Shown here in pieces: positions 24,975 through 37,637 of a stretch of DNA of 64,000 nt. Origin of the DNA: Lytechinus pictus (taxonomy: Eukaryota); the NCBI RefSeq assembly GCF_037042905.1, contig NC_087261.1:8246001-8310000 (forward strand), given 5' to 3'. Within the stretch, counting starts at the first letter, position 1. The number at the start of each line of letters is the position of its first letter. The notes under the pieces were generated by a model. That model saw nothing but the letters and a program-made list of their open reading frames with translations, was not told where the DNA came from and did no database searches. A program made the position numbers and the translations under genes.

Positions 24975-26898
24975 CAGGGGCGGATCCAGTTTTCGCCGAT
25001 AAGGGGGGGGGTGGCAAAAACAATTCACCCATATTTTCCCCGATCGCCCACTCTAAGATGAGGTTTGTTTTAAATTCGTAACAGTTAAATCTGTGCTTTA
25101 TTCTAATAAAACATAGTAATCTCATAAGCCATATGATGCGAGCGCGAAGCGCGACAATTTTTTTTTTTAAATTTCATGTATCTTGTCCTGAAAATCGAAC
25201 TCTGGGCAATGAATGTGATCCTGAACAAAATCCGTATATAACTGATCGAAAAGGGACCTGTTAAGGACTGTTTGTAGTTAGCCATAAAGCGATACATCAA
25301 TAATCAAATAAAGTGAGCACGAGCTGAAAATTTGTGACATTCCAACCTAAAAAAATAAAAATTCTAAGCATATTTTGTATTCATGGGCAGGATAGGCATA
25401 TAACTAAACAATGCGAACGCGAAGCGTGGGCGGGGGGAAAAAATGAGATTGAGACTTAAAAACGGGTCACTCTATTCATGTTTTGTAAATCATGAAAAGA
25501 ATGGGTAATTGGGTATCCTTAATCAATAATGTGAGCCCGAAACGCGCGAGCAGAAGATTTTAGTCTGAAACTGGATGAGTTAGGCATGTTTTAAATAAAG
25601 AACAAACTGTGTATCTCAATAAACATGCGTGCGTGTGTTTAAGATTTATACATAGTATCTGGGCATTCTAAATTGTTTTTTTTATCACGAAAATCAATAA
25701 TGTGATTGCGAAGCGCGAGTTAAAAATATGTGATATTCCTATCTGAAAAAGGGTCAATTTAAGCACTGTGTATATAGGAAAATCGTGCAGTGGATATTAT
25801 ATGGATCGCTGCCTTGATAAAGGCTGTGAGCGCGAAGCGCCAAGCTGATATTTTTATTTTGACCCAGGACCTGGACATTCTAAGGACGTTTTATGAAAAT
25901 GATGACTTTCTTCCACTGGCGTACATAGGATTTTCCAGAAGGGGGGCAAATTTTTTGGAGGATATTTCGTCCGCGAAAAATATTGACAATCAAAAAAAAA
26001 AAAAGGTCTTTAACCACAAATAAAGGATATCTCACCATGAAATTCATGAAATTGTTATTTTTGTATTCATCTAATAAAGCCTAATGACAGCTCGAATTTT
26101 GTTGATATTAATTCCTGAAAACTGGATATTTTAAGCACTTTTGAAAGTGTAAATAGAATGCATTGGTTAATTATAATATACAGTATGTTTAACAAATCAT
26201 GATAGCGCAAATCGCGATGTCATGAAAACGGGGATTTTAAGTAGTTTGTTTTAGAATTGCTTACTATTATAGAGGAAATTATTGAGGTGTACGTTACTCA
26301 CCAATCAAAATGTGAGCCCGCAGCGCTAGCTGATGAGTTTTGACAATCAAACCTGAAAATTAAGGGATATTTTGATAACCTCATGGAATACCCGAAGAGA
26401 ATATATAGGTACCTGACAAATCAAATAACGCAAGCGCGCAGTGAGAGCTGCATAAGAATGTTGATACTGAGACAATAAAACGGACATTTTTACAGAGCAC
26501 TTTTTGAAAATCAATTTATAAATCAAACAAAATAATGAAAGTTCGATGTCGGAGCTGAAATATGTTTTGAATACTGACTTCAAAACTTGATATTAAGCTC
26601 CATATATCAGCCTATTCAGTGAGGAAGAATCTCATGTATATATAGGCCTATCTCACCAAACATAATGCAATGCAAACGCGAAGCGTGAGCGAAAACTTGA
26701 TATAGTTACATGAAAGGTTTTTTTTAATTTCATTTTCCAAGTCGTATACCCCTCACCTTATTTTATTCACTCTTCTTTATCTTTTTATTTTCTACTCTAT
26801 TTTCTCTTTTTTGTCTTTTTTTAAGTGCCTTCCCCCTTTTTTTTTTGCTCCGCCAATAGGGAGTCCCGGGCCCCTTGGGCCCCCTGGATCCGCCTATA
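24975..26898. mobile_element. Older hAT-like element with the same GCGCGAAGCGCG repeat motif, in opposite orientation
   Basis: TIR-like CAGGGGCGGATCCAG...CTGGATCCGCC; degenerate gcgagcgcgaagcgcgag recurring, often 100-120 bp apart; no clear TSD. Confidence 0.7.
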
Positions 26899-27117
26899 TG
26901 TAAATTTGACAAGTAAAACAAGGTTTCATTACAAAATGAAGGTCGTTTTGGTGCCAAGAAATTTGATAAGCCAAAAAAGGGGTTTCAACACAAGATGTTG
27001 GTCATTTTCCATACTTTTCTTTTATGTGACACACCAACCAGAATTTCAGGGGGTGCTCCCGGAATTTATCCAATCCCATCATCTTTCGCCGATCCGACAA
27101 GACATGAATGACTTGTA

Positions 27118-27978
27118 GAGTTTGGTTGCAAAAGGAGTTATGTCCATTTTGGACCATTCCGAGAAAAACCGTGTTTTATTTTCTCACTAGACTCACGTAT
27201 TGCAACTTTCTTATGAGAAACTAAATTGTTAGGATGTACTCTATCATGTGAACATAAAATTGGGTATAAAAGAAAATAATCTACCTGTCTTCAATTTTTT
27301 TCTATTTTAAAGAAATTATCATTTTGGACCTATCCCTTTTGCAAGCAAACTGAAATGAATCCAATCTCTTTCAATAAAAAAAAGATTTTTCTTTGCCACT
27401 TTTATTAATGTTTTCATGTGAATTTAAAATTGTGTTTTTGTATCATCAGGGCAACTGAAAATTTAAAGGTTTTGAGACAGAAAACAATAAAATTTATGAA
27501 AAAATGGACCTAACCCATTTTGACAAATGAGCTCTTCAGAAGAGTTTGGTTGCAAAAGGGTTTAGGTCCACTCCTAGAAAATTATTATTCTTATGCGAAA
27601 CTAAATTTTCATGATACCTTACCATGAGAATACAAAATTCGGTATGAAAGGAAATCTACCTGTCTTTATATTTTTTAAAATGTTCTTTTCCCAAAAATTC
27701 TGTGTGGACCTAACCCCTCTTGCAACCAAACTGAAATGGACCTAATCCCTTTTGAAAAAAGGGATCTTTCATTGCCATTTTATTTCAATTTTTAATGGGA
27801 ATTTCAACTTTTCTTTGGTATCATGTTATAGAGCTACTAAAAATCTATACATTGAAAAAAAAAAATCAAATTTGATGAAAAATGGACCTAACCCCTGGCT
27901 TTTCTTCTTCCTGTAAAGTAGGCATACAGACTGCCGTTGGCATATTATTATCGTACTAGTACGAAGTGAGCTCTTCAT
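27118..27978. repeat. Two tandem ~420-bp copies of a TIR-like unit upstream of BPNT2
   Basis: agagtttggttgcaaaagg at 27117 and 27541; each unit has an internal inverted ttgcaa(g/c)caaactg and ends near gagctcttc. Confidence 0.72.
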
Positions 27979-28266
27979 GCAGGCGAACGTAGGCATGCCT
28001 ACTTTTTAAGAGGTCTATGAATTTTTTTTGAGGGATCCATTTCCACTCACTCAATCTCCCTCTATTATTATTAATTGAAAGCAATAACACAAGTTTAGAT
28101 TGTGAAAATGTGAAATGAACGAGAAGCAATCAAAGATCGAAGCGTCAATAGATTGAGCCGAGAATTTGGAGGGCGATTGTCTCGGTTCTTAGCGTGAAAA
28201 GTGCAGTGTCTATTCCACGTCCACAGTTCGGGCCCGTGAGTTTAATTTGTGAGGACAGATATTCAA

Positions 28267-28617
28267 ATGTCGTTCGGAATGACCAATATTAAGGTGAATC
28301 CCGTTGGGATAATATTCCTTGTCGTGCTAGGAGGAGGAACATTACTACTCATCAAAAATTCATTTTATGGGAAGGATAAAAACAGCGATGTCTCCAAGCA
28401 AGGTGAACTGATCAGCATGAAGCAGCTCCTGGTCGCCAGCATCCAGCTCGCCGAGCGCGGCGGCAAGGTGGTGAAGGAGATTCGCGATGCGCACAAGCTG
28501 AACGAAGCCAGCAAAGGGAAAACATTGGAAGGAGCAAATAATCCCGTAACAGACGGAGATATGAAGTCACATGAAGCAATTTTATCTGGATTCCAGAAGT
28601 CATTTCCTTCAGTTTAT
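28267..28617 (+). CDS. BPNT2: BPNT2/IMPAD1 Golgi 3'(2'),5'-bisphosphate nucleotidase exon 1 of 5; CDS join 28267-28617, 31630-31795, 35772-35876, 37464-37637, 38608-38882, 356 aa
   Basis: N-terminal type II signal anchor (VGIIFLVVLGGGTLLLI) then LLVASIQLAERGG...SKGKTLEGANNPVTDGDMKSH, characteristic of IMPAD1; GTATGA donor. Confidence 0.93.
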
Positions 28618-30029
28618 GTATGATATTTTTTATGTAGGGCCTACTGTATTGTTTTAAAACTAAAAATATTTTATTAGATCATCTTCAGGGCACAGCCAAT
28701 AATATTTTATTAATATTATTGGCAATAATAATTAATAAAAAAATAATAATGAGACTTGAAGCTTGAGATACTCTTTGACTTTGCTTTGCAAAAGAACAAA
28801 AGAAACAACACCAACAAAAGCATGATTTTTTTTCCACCCAAAATGTTGTTTCACTGAGGTCAGAACTTCAGAAGCCCATTTGTTTTGTGTGTGGATGACA
28901 ACAAAAATCCTTATCAAAACAAAAGTAGACGGTGTATTTTCAAAGTAGAAGGTGAAAAAGATAATTTTTCATGAGGAATCTGCTTATCATATTTCTATTT
29001 GCTGCCAAGGTAATCCTTTTGCAGCAAATGTAAACAAAGGAAATTGGTCTCTGAAATTGGATACCCAAATTCTTTACAAAAGTCCACGTCTCTGATATTG
29101 GAGATAATCTCTCTCATGGGAGACAAAGTCCCAAACAAAAAAAATCTGCGCACCGGATTTAAGTAAAATATTTTATGTGCAGACTTTGATGGCACTGATC
29201 TAAATCTGGAAGTCTTGCACTTTTTGCAAAGATTAGGATACCAATTTGCTAATCAGAATTTTGGTACACTTGTTCATGATAAGAATATGAGGAAGCATAT
29301 TATCAGAAGGTGTTTATGATATTGGTAGCCACTCCCACAAAAAAATGAAACTTTCATCCACGAGATTTCTACTTTCACTCTAAAAGTTCTAGCTAAGCAC
29401 TCATTCAAAGAACAAGGTTATGATATAAACCTTGTTCTCTGATACTGCTCCCTGCCACCCCTGTGTGGTGAAATAAGGTTTGCAATGTTTTGTTTATTTT
29501 CTCTTCATCACATCACATCAGGTACGGAAATGAAGGACTTCTCCTGTAGGTTTTCCGGTCTTTACTTCTGGTAATTGACGATTATCTGGACAGTTTAAAC
29601 TTATGAGACTTTACGTGCGTTGAGAAATTGAGGTTTTGAATCTTTCCCCCCACCAAAATTTATCCAACAGATGTTTAAACATTTCCACTGATTTAGCTTC
29701 CACTACTTCTGTAGGCAGTTTTTTCCAGTCAGAAATTACTCTTTGACTAAAAATTTACTCCTAAGTTCCAGCCGAGATCGTCCTGTGAAAAGCTTGAACT
29801 TGTGACCTCTAGTTGCTGAATGGATTGCTGGTGTTTGTTTTTAGGGACAAATGCTTGATTTTTTGACACTGTCAGTTTCCATTACAACAACTTGGCTCTT
29901 AAGGACGTTCCACAGTTATGTTTGTGCGCATCACGATCTGTGCATATTTTACACTTTGAGAGCTCTCTGCTGATGTCACAATGTATGAAGCACTTTGGTG
30001 AATACAAATATGATCCCCAAGTTACTTGA

Positions 30030-30290
30030 ATAATAAATAATAATAGGCATTTACAATGTATATAGTGCCATCTGTCTAGAAATATTCTATTCTGAAGCAC
30101 GATGTTATTATAATTATTACCGCGGCTTTAGCTGGAGCTGCCTTTCAGCGCTCATGCATTCAAGAAATTAATCCTGCCTGGTACCCATCCACCTCACCTG
30201 GGTTGAGTGCAGCACAATGTGGATACATTTCTTGCTGAAGGAAATAGCGCCATGGCTGGGATTCGAACCCACGACCCTATGTTGCAATTG
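30030..30290 (-). mobile_element. CORE-type tRNA SINE (5' truncated)
   Basis: Reverse complement of the core and B box (gggattcgaaccc); AAT tail. Confidence 0.82.
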
Positions 30291-30619
30291 TATGGAAATG
30301 AGTGCTTTTGGTTGTAAAAAAAGTGGGATTTTAATGAATTTTAATGAACGTGTGTTGTATACCAGCACTGCATAGAGTCATAGACCTACATGTACATGTA
30401 GATTCCCCACAGGCCGGGTGGTTGCAGTAAACAAGTGGCCCTACATGTTAGTCATGTAAATGGGCTAGAACTTCATTTCCAACATTTATTTCATTTTGTA
30501 ACACTTATACATTGAAAAACACACAAATTTATTATGAGAAGAGGGGATATAACTAACCGATGTTCCTGTCCTCTTCGTAGCTGAGCTACGACACGAATAT
30601 AGAGGACGGCAACATCATG

Positions 30620-30722
30620 CCTCTCCCTCTTTCTCTTCCTCTTCCTCCTCCTCCTCTTCTTCATCTTCCTCTCCCCGTTCCTCCTCTTCTTCCTCCTCAT
30701 CTTCCTTCTCATCTCCCTCTTT
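30620..30722 (+). repeat. (CCT/CTT)n low-complexity tract
   Basis: Almost pure pyrimidine triplet run; explains the spurious Pro/Leu and Arg/Lys ORFs. Confidence 0.9.
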
Positions 30723-31167
30723 GTCTTCAATTAAGTAGTTTTCTGTGTGCATGTAGGCCTTGTTGTTTCAAGAGATCACAGCTTTCTGACTTGTACATAT
30801 ATGTTTCAAGTCTGAGAGACTTAGGCACCACTTACTGAAACTCATTTTCCTTTTTCGCAATTATACAATACAGTGTATGACGAACTACATGTACCAACTT
30901 CTTTAATTACCGGTATACTGCATTTTAACAACTCTCTTCTTGCTCACCGATATTTTTTTAAATCATATTTCTTATTGAAGTATTAATATTTATTCTCAAA
31001 TGATATTTTCCAGTGTTAATTATTTGGAAATACTTACTGAAGCAGTTATTTGAAAATATGATGCACTGTAGATTGTGATTCACGAAAGGCATAATTTAGG
31101 ATACATGTACAGTGTATCTTCACATTTTCATGACCATGTAGGGGGTGGTTTCACAAAGATTTATGAC

Positions 31168-31382
31168 TTCGGTGTTGTGGCTCAGTGGATAAGTCTCCGG
31201 ACTTTGAACCACAAGGTCTGGAGTTCAAATCCACTTCAGCACTCGCGTCCTTTTGCAAGGCGTTTATCTATATTTGCCAGCCTCCATCCAGGTGTAGTAA
31301 ATGGGTACCCGATAAGAAGGAATTCCTTGAATGATCGAGCATCCAATCACGGTACATGTAGCCGTGCTAAAGCCAGGGTAGC
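31168..31382 (+). mobile_element. CORE-type tRNA SINE inserted in a small MITE (TIRs at about 31140-31166 and 31567-31598)
   Basis: TGGCTCAGTGG, GTTCAAATCC, ctccatccaggtgtagtaaatgggtaccc. Confidence 0.75.
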
Positions 31383-31629
31383 ACGGAGCTTTGCATTCTA
31401 TATTAAAGATACTATGGAGTCGCACTTAGATTCCCATCTTGTGAGGTATAATAGGCATCACCACATTGGAATAATCGTGCGGAGAGGATGCGCGCTACTG
31501 CGTATAAATCGATGATATTGTATGTTACATATCGTATGCGCGTCAGCATTCAAGGATGACTCTAAATCACACTTAAATCTTTTGTGAAACACCCCTCTGA
31601 TCTTATTTCAATCTTCACTTTCATTACAG

Positions 31630-31795
31630 GTCGTGTCGGAAGAACATGAAGATAAAACATTTGATTTGGATAAAGTCGAGGCCGTGTCCAAAGACCTACC
31701 TGAAGTGTCTAACATCATTCAATCGGATGAGAAGATCCCTAATAGTGACATCACAGTTTGGGTTGATCCCTTAGATGCGACACAAGAATATACAG
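31630..31795 (+). CDS. BPNT2: BPNT2 exon 2
   Basis: VVSEEH...ITVWVDPLDATQEYTE, inositol monophosphatase family metal-binding motifs EE and DPLDAT. Confidence 0.96.
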
Positions 31796-32092
31796 GTAAT
31801 TAGTCTCCATCTTCATACTGTAATTGACACTCCGACACATATTTTGAAGCTTGTACAAGTGTGAAGGTTGATGCATAGTAGCATACAATACATGTATGTC
31901 TTTAGAGAGCCTAAGTAGATTGCACAATGTAGCCTTATATGCAGAATCCTCTCTCCCTTTAATACTGTGAACTCTCCTAGTTCATGCACAGTAGTGCATC
32001 TTCTGATTTTCCCAAATCAGAAAATTCCGAATGATGGATGAAAAAATAATCTAAAGCTCCCTATTCACTCAGTGTGTGCTGGGTCTGTTTCC

Positions 32093-32689
32093 TAAAAGGA
32101 GAATGAAACTCTTGGAGCAAGTTAGCTTTTGTAAAAGCAGAAAAATCAAAGAATAAGATCAACAAAAGTTTGAGTTAAATAGGACTAGCAATAGAAGAGT
32201 TATGAGCATTTGAATATCGAGATCACTAATGCTATGGAGATCCTCCCATTGGCAATGCGACCAAGATCTATGATGTCACAGATGAACAACTCTCCCCTTT
32301 TGGACACTGAAAATATACCCCAAAACATCTCTTTTTGCTCATTCTAATCATATGGCAAACGATTCATCAATGATATAATGTTTATGAAACCTCTGTACTT
32401 CATTGTCCTCTCATAAAGAGAACACCTCACCTTGTGATAGACTCTATAAAAGTGAGAATATAAGTGAAATAAGTACTGAAGTAATGAGGGAGTTGTACGT
32501 GTGTGACATCATAGATCTTGGTCGCATTGCCAATGGGAGGAACTACGTGGCATTAGTGATCTCAATATTCAAATGCTCATAACTTTCTTATTATTCATTC
32601 AATCTTCCTCAAACTTTCAACAATATGTTTCTTTGATCTTTCTCTTTGATATGGATTCAGCTGGTTTCAAGGGTTTCATTCTCCTTTAA
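32093..32689 (+). mobile_element. Kolobok/T2-type MITE family C
   Basis: AGGAGAATGAAAC...GTTTCATTCTCCT|TTAA; internal inverted repeat of about 90 bp; near-identical copy at 61407-61998. Confidence 0.9.
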
Positions 32690-32984
32690 ACTTGATAGTA
32701 ACAAATTTGCTGTAACAGGTAAAAGCTACCAAAGTCCTTCAATCTGATTGGCTGATAGTAAATTTGTATAAAATAAATTTTGCATTTGTTATCGTATTTA
32801 AAGAAGTGTTATGAAACAGGACTCTGGTCAATGATGATGTTGACTTGTCTCTACTGTAGTCTACATTAAGCTATGCATACTGTTCCAAATGACTAGAATA
32901 TCAAGGACTGTGTGTTAGATTGGGCAGTATCTGTTTCCTGGCTGCGCTGTAATTAAGAATCTTATTATTCGGACTGCGTGACCA

Positions 32985-33380
32985 TTAAAGATAAATGAAA
33001 GTAGTTGCAGTAAACACTGATTTCACGAGAAAGTCTGTAAAACCAGGCTTAATTGTCACTATATCATCGAGGATCTAGATCTGTGACAGTTACACAAACT
33101 GAACTTTGTGAAATCATGAAATCTACGCTGAAAAATGTTCACACTGAAGATCACCAACACAGATAAGCGCACGTGGGACAGTGTATTATTATTGCTTTGA
33201 ATGTCGGCCCGACACTTGACCCGAATCCTGTGCTTATTTGCTAATTTCTCAGCAATTACACAATTTCTTCCAGAATCATTTGGCACATGTATTTTATTTA
33301 TACAAACAGACACTTTGGTGGTCATTTCATTGGATTCTGTACAAACTCATTTTGAGAACATTACGACAACTGGCATTTGG
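32985..33380 (-). mobile_element. TTAA MITE family D (inverted)
   Basis: TTAA|AGATAAATGAAAGTAGTTGC; reverse complement of 15197-15576. Confidence 0.82.
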
Positions 33381-34838
33381 GAATTTTTTTCAGTGCAAAC
33401 ATATTTTATGGTAATGCAAATGTTCATGTTTATGATGTAATTTGATATAGAATGATTGTCAGATATCTGGTTCGCTATTTATGCAATGAATATTGAATCT
33501 TTCACATGCAACAAAATCAACAGGTTCTACTAAAAAGCTGGTGTCAATATTCTGAGAATAAATTCTGTTCCCCAATCTTTTTATTGTCATGAGTGCTGGT
33601 ACTACATGTATGCAGTGAGTGATATTTTGTGCTTCTCCTGGTAGATAAGGAGGTATACATGTAAGGGCAGAATTACTTGCTTTGGCTTTGCTATGTGCTG
33701 TGGGTGAGACCCCATTTTCAGCCCTAAACTTATTGTCCAGAGCATTTCAGTTTCAGAAGTCACAAAAATGATGTTCTATTTATAAAAGAACCTCATTTAA
33801 TGTATTTCACACTTGTCAGTTGTCTCACAATCTAGCAAAATGATAGTGCAAAGCAGGTACATTGTATTACTAAGGGCTGAGTCAAAATGTTACTGTTCAA
33901 ACGACCGTTAGAAGCATAAATGTGTACCAATTCTATTTTGACAACCGTTTGAACGGTCCAAGTGAAAAAAAAATGAATGTAGACATGTTAGTTTAGTTAG
34001 TGTGAAATCAACTGAAAGTACATTCTTTCAGAGTCAAGAAAGAAGGGAATATTTTTCATATCTTGATAGTTTCAAACTAAATAAATCTAATATCAGGGAA
34101 ATTTGGGAAACTGATGGCCATTTCACGGATGTAAAAATATGAAATGTGACATTTCAGCAACTTTTGGGAAAGTTTTTTTTTTCTTTCTAACCACAGCTGG
34201 TTTAACCCTAACCGCCCGTTTATTAATAGCGTTTAAACGTTTTTAAAAATAAACACAATTACTAGTGAAGGCCTAGTATTGCTCATCCAACAGAGCTGAC
34301 ATTTTCAAATTGAATTTATTAGCATCCACAATGCAATTTAGATATTTATAGGCGATTTGTCATGGCTTAAAAGGAGTTAATCATTATGACATTATCAGAT
34401 GCTATGAGAACAGTGGACACATGTATGAAAGTTCATAAAAAGTTACCAAAATAACAAGTCTCGGGTTGCAGGTACCCACATACCGTACCTCTGCCTCCTT
34501 ATCTACCAGAAGATATCCCAGGGGGGGGGGGGCAGTCAAATGTATTGCTGTACACACGCATGGCCAGATTATTTCCAAACACCCCCTAAATGAGTTTTGT
34601 AATGGAACAGTAGAAAGACAGAGATAGAGGGGGGGGGGTAATAAAAGGAGAAAGAGAGTCCTAGGTGTAAAGAGGGCCTATGAGATATCTCTTGCTTGGC
34701 TCAGGATCATAATTGTCCACAAGGAATACATGTAGCCACCAGGGCCTCAAGAAACAAGAGGCTATTCTTCAGTGGGCTTTTGACAATGCTAGACATTCTG
34801 GGAGAGCAAGCCTTCGAATCCAGATAACATGCATCAAT

Positions 34839-35405
34839 TCAAAGGATAAGTCCACCCCAACAAAAAGTTGATTTGAATAAAAAGAGAAAAATCCAACAAG
34901 CAAAACACTGAAAATTTCATCAAAATCGGATGTAAAATAAGAAAGTTATGACATTTTAAAGTTTCGCCTAATTTCACAAAACAGTTATATGCACATCCTG
35001 GCTGGTATGCAAACGAGGAGACTATGACGTCATCTACTCACTATTTCTTTTGTATTTCATTATGTGAAATATTCTAATTTTCTCCTCATGTCAAGTGATG
35101 GAACATGTGGAATTATATGGTTCAGTCAAGTGGGTCCTTATTGTCAAATCTATAAAAAATGAAATATTGTATGATTCAAACAATAAAAAACAAAAGAAAT
35201 AGTGAGTGAGGGACATCATCGACTGTCTTATTTGCATGTCACTGAGTTGTGCATATCACTGTTTTGTGAGAAATAGGTGAAACTTTAAAATGTCATATCT
35301 CTCTTATTTTACATCCGATTTTGATGAAATTTTCAGCGTTATGCAAGTTTGATTTTTCGCTAATTATTCAAATCAACATTTTTCTAGGGTGGACTTGGCC
35401 TTTAA
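34839..35405 (-). mobile_element. Kolobok/T2-type MITE family A (inverted)
   Basis: Reverse complement of 195-806; right TTAA intact. Confidence 0.87.
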
Positions 35406-35538
35406 CAAAATCCTGTTTCATAAAGATTTGATTGGTAACTCTAGGTACATGTAATTTACATTAATTTAGATTCTAGGAGCTCTTGCATAGAGATACTGCA
35501 TTCTACTATACATGGAGAGTCAAATAAGGTATGGATGA

Positions 35539-35649
35539 TAGGGGAGATCGGGGTTAGTTGGAAACATTGTAAATTTATTTTACAGGCGTTAAAGAAAATT
35601 ACAATGTTTCAACTTACCCCGCGTTCCAACTAACCCTGATCTCCCCTAC
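35539..35649. mobile_element. Small fold-back MITE
   Basis: taggggagatcggggttagttggaa...ttccaactaaccctgatctcccta. Confidence 0.75.
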
Positions 35650-35771
35650 TGTCAAGCACTGATTTTTTTAAATTATTTTTATTTTTTTGGTCTTAATGAG
35701 TAGAATAAAATACAAATATATGAGTAACAGAAGTTGCTGAAATCAGTTTGTAATTTTTCTCCCATTTTTAG

Positions 35772-35876
35772 AGGACTTGGTGGAATATGTCACGACAATG
35801 GTCTGTGTAGCAGTGAAAGGAGTGCCCACAATTGGAGTTATACATAAACCATTCCTCGATAAAGGTCCCAAGACAT
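35772..35876 (+). CDS. BPNT2: BPNT2 exon 3
   Basis: [27 protein letters not shown]; tag / GTAAGT sites. Confidence 0.96.
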
Positions 35877-35950
35877 GTAAGTGAAAACTATTTAGAAAAG
35901 AATGAGCTCTTAATTTCTAAAGCTTTGGTAACAAGTCAGTTGTACATATA

Positions 35951-36851
35951 AGGCGGTGCTGCACCATCCCGAGTTTGCTCAATCTCGAGATTTTAGCCCG
36001 ATCAGCCCTCTTCGCGATTAATCTCGAGATTCAAGAAACCCCGTCTGCACCATCCCACGAGGAGCTATATCTGCTCGAGCGAGGCAACAAGCCCGATATT
36101 CCGGGCATGCGCACTTTCGGATCTTGGAGTTTCAACGGCCCGCGCTTTTGAATAACTTCCCGCGATATGCAAGCAATGAACTCCTTTCACTAGTACTTTC
36201 GCCGAATTCAACCGGTGTTATGCAACAATCCTTTCAGCTCAGCGAGTGAAGAAGTGATGTATTCTTCGTGAAATATGATGGCGGAGTAGGAGGCAACGAC
36301 AGAGAGAGAGAGAGAGAGGGAGAAGGAGGAAAGAAATGCTATTTGCTCACATTTTGCGAAGGAATAAGACAACACTGCTGTCAGTGTTGTTATTGAATAT
36401 GACCATCGTCGATGCGATGAGCGCCTCCCCCTTCGGTCTGGTCTCTCCCGGGGTCTCTCCCAAAATCCATTCACTGGTGGGGACACCATCGTTACGTTGC
36501 TTATGAACGCTATTCGCATGTATAAAGTTGACTTTCGCACGTGTTTATGTTTTGACCAAGGCGGAAGTGGAACGCGAATTGCATTATGGACTGACGTCAT
36601 GAATAAATTACCCCGAGTCCAATCTCGAGTGCGTCTGCACCGACGAATTAGCGGGATAATTCGTAAAATAGCGCGCTATTTTGCAAATAAACCCGAGTTG
36701 ACTTGGGATTGCAATCTCGAGATAAATCCTACGAACTAGCGCGATAATTGCGTCTGCACCGCCAACTATCTCGAGATTTTTCAGATCGGGATAATTTGCC
36801 GGATCAGAAATAGCGCGCTAATTTGAAACTTCGGGATGGTGCAGACGGCCC
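35951..36851. mobile_element. Non-autonomous TIR element, PIF/Harbinger-like
   Basis: GGC.GT(G)CTGCACCATCCCGA...TCGGGATGGTGCAGACGGCCC; TA flanks; internal repeats of CGTCTGCACC and ATCTCGAGAT; CpG intact. Confidence 0.75.
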
Positions 36852-37463
36852 TATAGACTTGAGTATCATTTAATTAACATTCCAGGATTACAAAATTGTA
36901 CATGTACATGTAGCAGTCATCAAATTGTGTTTTCAGCCATTAGCATTGGAATTTTTCATTTTTCATCCAATATCCAATGATATGAATTAACTCTGAAAAG
37001 ATGTCATTCCAAGGAATGAGTTTGGTATTAAAAAAATGTTTAAAAAAATAATAAAAAACAAAGCAAAGTAGCAAACAAGCATACCAAAAGAGACAAAAGA
37101 AAACAAAATCAACAAACAAAATACATTTATACCAATGAAGATGTCCATGCACATGGCCCATAATAGGAAACAATATAAAAATAAAAAAAATTGATTGTAT
37201 ATATAAAAAAAAAGGCCTGAATATATGACTGGTCGTTAAATGGCATTATTGTGACTTCATATGTATTGTGAGTGAAATGGAATGAATATTGCAAAATTTA
37301 TCACATCTCTTGCTTTCTCCCCCTCTTTTTTCTCTTTATTAACATTTTTTACCTCCCCTCCTCCCCCACCTTACCTTCTATACTTTCTATCTGCACTTCC
37401 CCCCAATGGCCTTTACTCTCTTTCTCCCTCCTTTAACTCATCTCTCTCTATGTCTTCCTACAG

Positions 37464-37637
37464 CTTGGGCATGGGTAGGTAAAGGTCATGCAGAGCATCT
37501 GAAGGAGGTCAAACATCATCTTGATGCCTTGGAGAATCCTCGAATCATTGTATCAAGGAGTCACTCTGGCAAGGTTGAGGAAGTCTCGAAGAAGACCTTT
37601 GGTGAGAGTACTAAGGTCAAACCCGCTGGAGGAGCAG
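37464..37637 (+). CDS. BPNT2: BPNT2 exon 4
   Basis: WAWVG...PRIIVSRSHSGKV...PAGGAG; long pyrimidine tract with cag acceptor, GTAGGT donor. Confidence 0.95.

Noticed and set aside
30491-30838. Arg/Lys-rich and Pro-rich ORFs
   Set aside because: Translations of a CCT/CTT microsatellite in BPNT2 intron 1.
36208-36739. Transposase remnant in the Harbinger-like element
   Set aside because: The ORFs cross a GA microsatellite and show no DDE or Myb motif that I can recognise.
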